A stretch of 64,000 nt of DNA. It comes from Nitrospinota bacterium (lineage in GTDB: Bacteria > Nitrospinota > Nitrospinia > Nitrospinales > VA-1). The stretch spans positions 54,689 to 118,688 of the forward strand of contig WAIB01000005.1 in assembly GCA_009873655.1 (NCBI GenBank). Direction: 5' to 3'. Positions within the stretch are counted from its first letter, which is position 1, and each line of letters begins with the position of its first letter. The position numbers and the translations under genes were made by a program. Positions 19,803 through 27,584 of the stretch are shown here, one piece after another. The notes under the pieces are model-generated. The model had not been told where the DNA came from, did not search any database, and saw only the letters and a list, made by a program, of their open reading frames with translations.

Positions 19803-21389
19803 TTATCTTGCAAACTCAGTGAATCGAGACTCACGAACTACAGTCACTTTGATTTCACCAGGATAGGTCACCTCTTTTTCAATTCTCTTTGCAACATCGC
19901 GTGCGAGGATATGCGCGCTTTCATCGTCGGTTCCGGTTGGGGCAACGATAATTCGCACTTCGCGACCGGATTGTATGGCAAAAGTTTTTTGTACCCCTTT
20001 AAATGAATCGCCAATTTCTTCCAGCTGCGTCATCCGTTTAACGTAGGTTTCCAGCATTTCGCGCCTTGCCCCCGGTCTCGATGCAGAAATCGTATCCCCG
20101 GCGGCAACGAGAACGGCATAAGGAGATTCCGCCTCGCAATCCTCATGGTGCGCAGCGATGGCATTTATAACGAAAGGGTGTTCTCCATAACGCTTGGCAA
20201 TATCCACTCCCAGGGAAGTATGAGTGCCATCGGTTTGATGATCAATGGCTTTACCAATATCATGCAAGAGCCCTGAACGCTTGGCCATGTTTTCGTTCAG
20301 ACCCAGTTCTACAGCAATCGCCCCGCAAACAAAGGCAACTTCCTGGACGTGCTCTAAAACATTTTGAGTATAGCTGGTGCGGTATTTCAGTCTGCCAAGC
20401 AACTTGACCATTTCAGGATGAACATTGTCTATTCCCACGTTAAGGATGGCCTGTTCTCCGGCTTTTTGGATCTCTTCGGTCACCTCTTTTTTACATTTTG
20501 CGACTATATCTTCAATTCGTCCGGGATGAATTCTGCCATCGAGGGTCAGATATTCAAGAGCCCTCCGGGCCACTTCTCTGCGAATCGGATCAAACCCTGA
20601 CAGCACAACCGCCCCGGGGGTATCATCGATGATCAAATCGATTCCGGTTGCCTGCTCAAGGGCCCGTATATTTCGCCCTTCACGTCCAATAATACGGCCC
20701 TTGATATCATCACTGGGCAATTCAACCACCGCAACCGTCGTTTCGGCAACATGATCGGAGGCCAGCCTCTGCACCGCCATAGTGATGAGTTTTCGCGCTT
20801 CTTCATCCGCTTGAGTCTTTACCTTTTCCTCAATTTTCTTCACTTCCCGCGCGGCATCCATCTTGGCTTCGTCGATGATTTTATTTTTTACCTCTTCGCG
20901 CGCCTTTTCTGCTGTATAAGAACCTATTACTTCGAGGTTTCGCAATTCTTCCTCGACCAGCCGTTCGTATTCACTCTTTTTCTCATCGACTTCTTTATTC
21001 TTTTCACCCAGTTTTGCATATTGGGACTTGATATCCTGTTCACGCGCCTGAAACTTTCCAAATTCCGTTCTTAATTCCCTGTCTTTTTGCTCCAGATCTT
21101 TTTCCAGATCACGCAAACTATCGCGTTTGCTTTTCATTTCCTTTTCTAATTCGCTTTTAACAACCAGAGATTTTTCTTTTGCTTCTATCTCAGCCGCTTT
21201 CAAACGGTTTTCCACTTCTTTTTCCGCTTCTTCTAAAATTTTATTGCGACGTGTTTCCGCTTCCTTGATTTGATATTCCGTAAATAATTTCCGCAGAAAA
21301 TACCCAATCGCATAACCGATTACCAAAGCGAGACCCATTCCCAGTATCAGGGTGATGAAATTAAATTTTATCGTAGTAAAAATATGCAT
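19803..21389 (-). CDS. rny: ribonuclease Y
   Basis: Track ORF of 528 aa with an N-terminal TM helix, a long charged coiled coil, a KH domain (GRIIGREGRNIRALE) and an HD domain (GLLHDIGKA). Confidence 0.95.
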   Translation of the reverse strand: MHIFTTIKFNFITLILGMGLALVIGYAIGYFLRKLFTEYQIKEAETRRNKILEEAEKEVENRLKAAEIEAKEKSLVVKSELEKEMKSKRDSLRDLEKDLEQKDRELRTEFGKFQAREQDIKSQYAKLGEKNKEVDEKKSEYERLVEEELRNLEVIGSYTAEKAREEVKNKIIDEAKMDAAREVKKIEEKVKTQADEEARKLITMAVQRLASDHVAETTVAVVELPSDDIKGRIIGREGRNIRALEQATGIDLIIDDTPGAVVLSGFDPIRREVARRALEYLTLDGRIHPGRIEDIVAKCKKEVTEEIQKAGEQAILNVGIDNVHPEMVKLLGRLKYRTSYTQNVLEHVQEVAFVCGAIAVELGLNENMAKRSGLLHDIGKAIDHQTDGTHTSLGVDIAKRYGEHPFVINAIAAHHEDCEAESPYAVLVAAGDTISASRPGARREMLETYVKRMTQLEEIGDSFKGVQKTFAIQSGREVRIIVAPTGTDDESAHILARDVAKRIEKEVTYPGEIKVTVVRESRFTEFAR

Positions 21390-21438
21390 TTAAACACCTC
21401 TTTATTAAAAATCAAACGGCTGAAGGTTTCCGGATACC

Positions 21439-22023
21439 TCAACTGCTTAATGTGTCTTTTTCGGTCACCACTTTTTGAACTTTTCGGTCCCAAGAGTCCT
21501 GACTCAAGGAATCCATTATTTGAAAACCGTAGGCAATCCCTATTAAAAGAGAGCTTTGCGGAAGCTCTGCAAATAATTTGTCATAATAACCGCCACCAAA
21601 ACCAACCCGCCCACCGGAACGATCAAAGGCCAACCCTGGCGTAACAACGGCATCTATCTTTCCGGGCGATTCGACAGCGGCATGGACCGGTTCTCTGATT
21701 CCAAAATCATTCAGTTTCATATCCGCGTCCAGGCTTTTGATCTGGCAAATTTCCATTTTTTTCGCGCTTTTATTAATGCGCGGAACATAAACCTTTTTCT
21801 GCAGCTTTAATGAGCGCTCAATCATGCTATCTGTATTCACCTCTTTTTCAAATGAGAGGTGATATAAAATTCGTTCCCGACTCAAAAATTCATCGCAGGA
21901 AAACAGGTTTTCTTCTATCCTCCTGCTTAACTCAGTCACTTCTTCCGCAGTCAGGTCATTCCTGCGCCGGATCATCATTTTCCGGATGGCTGCCTTATCC
22001 AGTTTAGGAGCCGTACAAGCCAT
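21439..22023 (-). CDS. fau: 5-formyltetrahydrofolate cyclo-ligase
   Basis: Track ORF of 194 aa with the family pattern KAAIRKMMIRRR, DAVVTPGLAFDRSGGRVGFGGGYYDK and WDRKV. Confidence 0.85.
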   Translation of the reverse strand: MACTAPKLDKAAIRKMMIRRRNDLTAEEVTELSRRIEENLFSCDEFLSRERILYHLSFEKEVNTDSMIERSLKLQKKVYVPRINKSAKKMEICQIKSLDADMKLNDFGIREPVHAAVESPGKIDAVVTPGLAFDRSGGRVGFGGGYYDKLFAELPQSSLLIGIAYGFQIMDSLSQDSWDRKVQKVVTEKDTLSS

Positions 22024-22336
22024 AATTTGAACCGATCTTGCTGTTAATAATGAGCAGCCCTAATTTTTACCAGGCAGAGTCAAGAAGCTTGAGGTGAGAG
22101 TCGCTGTATCAGGGAGTCAGCCGGATTCCATCAGGCCTGAGAGGAGAGATAAGATAAGGCAAAACAACCTTATGGCTATTTTGAATAGATATATCTAAAA
22201 ACGAAACTAAATCACATGCTCCGTTCATAAAATTCACTCCGCAAATAGGTCATCATTCAATAGAATTGAAGTCTGGACCCTATATAAACAGGCTCACCCG
22301 GGCTTTTGCCCTGAAGCTCTTAACTCAATAAAGGAA

Positions 22337-22519
22337 GTCTCCCCGTGCATGCCGTGCAAAAACTATTTTTTGAACCTGTCAAGGACAGGTGGGATATCCG
22401 TAAACTGCTTTAGGCTTCCTTCCATGGGGAAGGCCTGCACACCACAGCCGATTCATCAATCCCTTTTACGAACTGTTGGCTCAAGAAATGAAATTTTTAC
22501 TCGAACACAACAGGGAGAC
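22337..22519 (-). ncRNA. ssrS: 6S RNA (SsrS) candidate
   Basis: A 183-nt interval in the zapA / 5-FCL gap. The minus-strand RNA begins GUCUCCCUGUUGUG and ends CACGGCAUGCACGGGGAGAC, and the two ends pair as a closing stem. It has a central hairpin CCUUCC-CCAU-GGAAGG and a 3'-side hairpin ACCUGUC-CUU-GACAGGU followed by UCAA. Its length, architecture and the zapA-ssrS-5FCL gene order match the E. coli arrangement as I recall it. No covariance-model search was possible. Confidence 0.7.
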
Positions 22520-22592
22520 ACAAATTCAAATTTCACCACATCCTAACACAAAGGAAAAACACCCTCAAGACCTATATAGACCAGAAAGAAGT

Positions 22593-22877
22593 TTAATAAT
22601 CAATGCCTTGCAGCTCATTTTCCAGCGTGTCTATCAACCGTCCAATTTTTTCCTCTTGGTCCTGGTTATGGGCCCCTGCCTCTTTCTGCAGTTCCAATAA
22701 TTCCTGAGCTATATTTAGCGCTGCAAGAACCGCAAGATCCATGGAAGGGGTTTTTTTTCTCGCCTCGGCTAACTCATGCATTTTCGCATCGACATAAGCC
22801 GCGGCTTCTTCCACACTGATTTCACCCGAAGAGCTTTTAAGGTTATAGGTTTTTCCATAAATTTCTATTTTAGCCAT
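22593..22877 (-). CDS. zapA: cell division protein ZapA
   Basis: Track ORF of 94 aa: IEIYGKTYNLKSS...EEAAAYVDAKMHEL...DLAVLAALNIAQELLELQ, the typical ZapA pattern. Confidence 0.85.
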   Translation of the reverse strand: MAKIEIYGKTYNLKSSSGEISVEEAAAYVDAKMHELAEARKKTPSMDLAVLAALNIAQELLELQKEAGAHNQDQEEKIGRLIDTLENELQGIDY

Positions 22878-22884
22878 CGTCTTA

Positions 22885-23163
22885 TCAGGTCAGTTCGAAT
22901 TTTTCCAGCCTGTTTAACAAATCCGCCACCTTTTGACGGATTTGTTTCCGGTCATTTTCGTTATTTCTGCTTTCTATTTCCAGTTCGGAGAGCCGCTCCA
23001 GCTTCTCCTTAATAAATTCTTTTTCCTTCTCCAGAGACTCACATTCGCGCTTGAAACCCTGTACCTGCACCGCCAACTTTCCATTCTCGTCTTTAAGCCG
23101 GCGGAATGCCTCAATTAAGGTCGAAACTCCTTGTTCTAATTGTTCCATACTGGGCTTGGACAT
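22885..23163 (-). CDS. zapB: ZapB-like coiled-coil protein
   Basis: Track ORF of 92 aa, all coiled coil. The N-terminus MEQLEQGVSTLIEAFRRLKDENGKL resembles the ZapB FE.LE.KV...I..I..L..E pattern. It lies 7 nt upstream of zapA. Confidence 0.5.
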   Translation of the reverse strand: MSKPSMEQLEQGVSTLIEAFRRLKDENGKLAVQVQGFKRECESLEKEKEFIKEKLERLSELEIESRNNENDRKQIRQKVADLLNRLEKFELT

Positions 23164-23215
23164 GGCCGAATCCTAGCACCCCCTAATTAGGGTGTCAATG
23201 GGCTCCAACGAACCC

Positions 23216-25291
23216 TCAATCCCTGAGAGATGCAGCCAGTTCGGCCCTCAGTGTCTGAATAATAGCTTCAAAAACAGGATTGACTTCATCATCGGAAAGG
23301 GTCCGATCTTTGGACTGGAAAGAAAGTGCAAAGGTGAGACTTTTTTTGTCTGATTGGATTTTTTTTCCTTCAAAATGGTCGTACAACTCCACCCTGCTTA
23401 AAAGGGGACGGCCCGCTTTTAATATCAAATCCGAAGCTTGCTGAGAAGTGATCTTTCGATCTACCAGAATGGATATATCCCGATAAGTCTCGGGGAATTT
23501 AGCAATGCTCTGGAAACGGGGACGAGGAGGAAGGGCCTCTTCCATCTCCTGCAAATCAACCTCCCATAGGAAAACCTTTTCAGAGATCCCTGTCTTTTCC
23601 GGCAATAGTTCTCCCAGATAACCGAGGATCCTCTCGCCGGATCTCAAGTTAATTGATTTTTCCGGAAGCAAAAAGGGTTTCTGGGTGCGGATTGAAAAAT
23701 CCACATCCAATCCGCATTGACCGCATAATTTTTCCAAAGCCCCTTTCAAATCATAAAAGTCATATTCTTTGCCTCGGGGTTTCCACGGCGTGAGCTCGTA
23801 GGGACCTAACACCAGCGTGGTTAAAACCTTTTTCTCAATTCGATTGCCTTTCGAATCGGAATAATAAACGCTGCCGATCTCAAAAAGTTTTAAAGGTTTT
23901 TGCCCCTTGCTCAAATTGCTAGAGATGGTCTTCAGCAGTCCGGGGATCAAGCTGGTTCGCATGGTATCGTTTTCAGAACTCAAGGGATTTTTCAGCGGGA
24001 TCACGTTATCTTCAGTCGTTGCAAAAGAGGACAAATATCCCTCGGCCTGTCCGCGTTCAATAAAACTGAAATGAACCGTTTCCGAAAAACCTGTATTGCA
24101 AAGAACATCCCTGACTTTTCGCAGCAATAATTGCCCGGGTGCGATCCGCACCGGGCGAACCGAAGCAACCGGAAAAACGGTGGCAACCTTATCGAAACCA
24201 TCGATTCGGGCAATTTCTTCTACAACATCTATTTCTCGTAACAGGTCAGGGCGAAAACCGGGCACTTCCACCTGCAACGTTTCGTTTTGGGTCCCTCCTT
24301 CGACTTTTAATCCCAATCGGGTAATGATTTCCCCAATTTTCTCCGCGCTGAAACCCGACCCCAGCACCTGGTTGACACGCGATACCCGTAACGGCATCTC
24401 AATGTTCTTCCTGGGTTCTGGGTAAACATCAATCCTCCCTTTGCAGATATCTCCCCCTGCCAGTTCTTTAATCAGGCAAGCGGCACGAGCCTGAGCGGTA
24501 ATGACGCCTTCCATATCCACACCTCTTTCAAATCGATAGGAAGAGTCTGAACGCAGGCCATATTTTTTTGAGGCTTTTCGAATGGTTGCAGAATCGAAAC
24601 AGGCACTTTCGAGGACTACATTTTGAGTCTCTTCGGTAACCTGACTGTTGGTCCCGCCCATAACCCCAGCCAAAGCAACGGGTTTTTCAGCGTCGGCAAT
24701 GACCAAAGCATCGGGTTCCAGCTTCAACTCACTGCCGTCCAGGCTGGTGAACAGTTCTCCTTTTTTTGCGCTTCGAATAATGATTTGATTCCCGGAAAGC
24801 AATTCCCGGTCAAAAGCATGAAGGGGTTGGCCGTACTCCATCATTACAAAATTGGTAATATCGACAATATTATTAATGGGACGCAACCCAATTGCCAGCA
24901 AATGGTCACACAACCATTTTGGAGAAGGACCGGGTTTTACATTTTCAATGACCAAACCGGAATAACGGGGGCATAATTTCTCTTCCTGATTTTCTACCCT
25001 CAACTTTTCTTCAACGGGTGTCTTTCCCCAGTTCTTCTCCAACAATCCCAACGAATCCGGGGGATTGAACGTTCCACCCATCAATGCCGAAAGTTCCCGC
25101 GCGACGCCTAAATGCGACAAACAGTAACCCCTGTTGGGGGTCACGTTCAGTTCCAAAACATCGCCTTTTTCATCATCCGGTCTTTCGTGACTCTCAATTT
25201 CCAAACCGGCCATGGTCAGCACATGGCCCAGCTCTTCAGCGGGGGCGTCAATCTCTAAATATTTCTTCAGCCAATTTACCTGTACCTTCAT
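23216..25291 (-). CDS. pheT: phenylalanine--tRNA ligase beta subunit (short form lacking the N-terminal OB-fold tRNA-binding domain)
   Basis: Track ORF of 691 aa. The N-terminus MKVQVNWLKKYLEID...MAGLEIES runs almost directly into ELNVTPNRGYCLSHLGVAREL. The B3/4, B5 and C-terminal FDX-ACB domains are present. Confidence 0.95.
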   Translation of the reverse strand: MKVQVNWLKKYLEIDAPAEELGHVLTMAGLEIESHERPDDEKGDVLELNVTPNRGYCLSHLGVARELSALMGGTFNPPDSLGLLEKNWGKTPVEEKLRVENQEEKLCPRYSGLVIENVKPGPSPKWLCDHLLAIGLRPINNIVDITNFVMMEYGQPLHAFDRELLSGNQIIIRSAKKGELFTSLDGSELKLEPDALVIADAEKPVALAGVMGGTNSQVTEETQNVVLESACFDSATIRKASKKYGLRSDSSYRFERGVDMEGVITAQARAACLIKELAGGDICKGRIDVYPEPRKNIEMPLRVSRVNQVLGSGFSAEKIGEIITRLGLKVEGGTQNETLQVEVPGFRPDLLREIDVVEEIARIDGFDKVATVFPVASVRPVRIAPGQLLLRKVRDVLCNTGFSETVHFSFIERGQAEGYLSSFATTEDNVIPLKNPLSSENDTMRTSLIPGLLKTISSNLSKGQKPLKLFEIGSVYYSDSKGNRIEKKVLTTLVLGPYELTPWKPRGKEYDFYDLKGALEKLCGQCGLDVDFSIRTQKPFLLPEKSINLRSGERILGYLGELLPEKTGISEKVFLWEVDLQEMEEALPPRPRFQSIAKFPETYRDISILVDRKITSQQASDLILKAGRPLLSRVELYDHFEGKKIQSDKKSLTFALSFQSKDRTLSDDEVNPVFEAIIQTLRAELAASLRD

Positions 25292-25460
25292 TTATCTCCT
25301 TCCCCCGCAATCATCAGGGGCAATTTAATCTTATCTTCCCATAAACCTGGGGTCCGCTAAATCTGCTTCAAGAAGCAGCCTTGGGGATTATAAGTGAAGC
25401 GTATACAAAAATCCACGCTATCACGGATTGCTTTTCCTTTTGTAATAGGATATCAAGGGT

Positions 25461-27584
25461 TTGGCATCTTTAATTCGACGTGGCCCTATGAAACTCACCG
25501 AAGCGCGAATTTTATCTCTGCTGAAGAAAAAAATCAGCCGCCCCATGAAAATCTCCGAGCTTTCCAAACATCTGGGAATAACGGAGGGGGATCGCCGTGA
25601 GTTTCGCAACCGAATAAAGGAAATGGCCGCGCAGGGATCCCTAATAAAGATCCGCGGCGGTCGCTACGGTCTTCCTGATGAAATGAACCTGATAACAGGA
25701 AGGCTGCAGGGACATCCGAACGGGTTTGGCTTTGTCATTCCGGACAAACACCACGACACCCAGGATGTATTCGTTCACCGCAAAAGCATGAACGAGGCCA
25801 TGCATCAAGACCACGTTGTCGTACGAATTGAATCGGAAAAAGAACCCGGTCGCCCTGAAGGCCGCATCATAAGAATCCTGCAGCGTAATACTCCAAACCT
25901 GGTCGGCGTCTATGAAACCTTTGGACGGGATGGCTGGGTCATCCCCACGGAAGCCAAACATTTTCACGATGTGTTCATACCTGGAAAAAATAGAAAAGAC
26001 GCGAAGAATGGTCAAATTGTCGATGTGAAAATCGAGACCTACCCTACCCGGCATCAACCTCCAGTCGGAAAGGTCATGGAAATTATCGGCAAATCCAATG
26101 ACCCTGAAGTCGAGGTGCAGTCCATTCTAAGAAAATATGGAGTTCGGCAGGGTTTCACCCCAAAAACTCTCAAAGAAGCAAGAACGGTTGCAAAAAAAAA
26201 CCAGCCGGTTGACCGGAAAGACTTAACCGGTCTCCTTACTTTTACGATTGACGGGGAAAGGGCAAAAGATTTTGACGACGCGGTTTCCCTGGAACGGATG
26301 GGTGATGGATTTAGACTGGGAGTGCATATTGCCGATGTAAGCCATTTTGTCACGGAAAATTCCTGCTTGGATGAGGAGGCATTTGAAAGGGGAACCAGCA
26401 TCTACTATGCAGACGGGGTGATTCCCATGCTTCCGGAAGTTTTATCCAACGAAGCGTGCAGCTTGAAACCGGAAGAGGTACGACTGACCCTAAGCGTTTT
26501 TATCGATTTCGACCGTCAGGGAAATCCCTTAAAAACACAAATTCAAAAATCCTTCATCAAAAGCCGAAGGCGATTCACCTACACCGAGGTCGCAAGCCTG
26601 CTTGAAAAGGGAAGTGATTCTCCGTTCATGCAAACCCTTTCAGATATGCATTTCCTGAGCCAGACACTCAGGAAACGCAGATTCAAAAATGGAAGCGTGG
26701 ATTTTCATGTTCCCGAACCTGACATACAAATGGATGAGGAGGGAAAAGTTAAAAATATTGGAGTGATTCAACATAACCCCGCACACCAGCTGATTGAAGA
26801 GTTCATGCTTGCAGCCAACCAGGCTGTTGCACTCAGCCTTCACGAAAAAGACATTCCCTGTATCCACCGGATTCATGAAGCTCCTGACCCGATGAAACTT
26901 TTTGAGTTCAAAGAATTCATTTCTTCTTTCGGCTTACGGCTTTCGTCCCCGGAAAAAATCCGCTCCAAGGACTTAAACAACCTGCTAAAAAAAATTCAAA
27001 ACAGCCCGGAAGAAAGAGTTGTCAACACATTGCTTTTAAGAACCATGAAAAAAGCCCGTTACTCCCCTTCCGATCCCGGTCATTATTGCCTTGGGTTCCC
27101 CCACTATGTGCATTTCACCTCCCCGATTCGAAGGTATCCGGATTTAATCGTTCACAGAATTGTCAAAAAATATCTGAAACACAAATGCACCAAAAAAGAA
27201 AAGAAGGCTTTACTATCTGCATTACATGAAATATCCGAACAGTCGACGCAAATGGAAATCAAGGCCATGTCTATTGAAAGGGAGATCATCAGCCTTCGAC
27301 AGGCCCAATTCATGGTGGATAAGATTGGAAATACGTTTTACGGAACCATAACCGGGGTTACCGGCTTTGGCTTTTTTGTCGAGCTTGAAAATATTTTTGT
27401 TGAGGGGTTGGTAAAGATTTCCAGCATCATGGATGATTATTATCTCTACATAGAACCCGAGCATAAATTGACAGGACAAAAACGCCATCGCGTATTCCAA
27501 ATTGGAGACCGGGTAAAAGTACGGGTAAAAGACGTTGAGCTTTCCAAACGACAAATCGAATTACTGGTAACGGGAGAGGCATGA
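25461..27584 (+). CDS. rnr: ribonuclease R
   Basis: Track ORF of 707 aa with cold-shock-like N-terminal domains, an RNB domain (FTIDGERAKDFDDAVS, HFTSPIRRYPDL) and a C-terminal S1 domain (GTITGVTGFGFFVEL). The start may be ATG 25488 rather than TTG 25461. Confidence 0.95.
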   Translation: MASLIRRGPMKLTEARILSLLKKKISRPMKISELSKHLGITEGDRREFRNRIKEMAAQGSLIKIRGGRYGLPDEMNLITGRLQGHPNGFGFVIPDKHHDTQDVFVHRKSMNEAMHQDHVVVRIESEKEPGRPEGRIIRILQRNTPNLVGVYETFGRDGWVIPTEAKHFHDVFIPGKNRKDAKNGQIVDVKIETYPTRHQPPVGKVMEIIGKSNDPEVEVQSILRKYGVRQGFTPKTLKEARTVAKKNQPVDRKDLTGLLTFTIDGERAKDFDDAVSLERMGDGFRLGVHIADVSHFVTENSCLDEEAFERGTSIYYADGVIPMLPEVLSNEACSLKPEEVRLTLSVFIDFDRQGNPLKTQIQKSFIKSRRRFTYTEVASLLEKGSDSPFMQTLSDMHFLSQTLRKRRFKNGSVDFHVPEPDIQMDEEGKVKNIGVIQHNPAHQLIEEFMLAANQAVALSLHEKDIPCIHRIHEAPDPMKLFEFKEFISSFGLRLSSPEKIRSKDLNNLLKKIQNSPEERVVNTLLLRTMKKARYSPSDPGHYCLGFPHYVHFTSPIRRYPDLIVHRIVKKYLKHKCTKKEKKALLSALHEISEQSTQMEIKAMSIEREIISLRQAQFMVDKIGNTFYGTITGVTGFGFFVELENIFVEGLVKISSIMDDYYLYIEPEHKLTGQKRHRVFQIGDRVKVRVKDVELSKRQIELLVTGEA

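Noticed and set aside
22060-22150. Possible ZTP or THF riboswitch upstream of the folate gene; a ctgcctgg string weakly resembles the ZTP CCGCCUGGGC motif.
   Set aside because: Only a few nucleotides match, and the other conserved segments of either riboswitch class are not visible. A covariance-model scan would be needed.
22400-22435. A GGAAGGAAGC motif reminiscent of the conserved SRP (4.5S) RNA helix-8 region.
   Set aside because: It lies inside the 183-nt element, whose length, end-pairing and zapA/5-FCL synteny fit 6S RNA. The rest of the SRP consensus is absent.
27581-27584. An ATGA overlap coupling the rnr stop codon to the comEC start codon.
   Set aside because: Four-nucleotide start/stop overlaps are common in compact operons. 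It is noted in the feature evidence but is not informative on its own.
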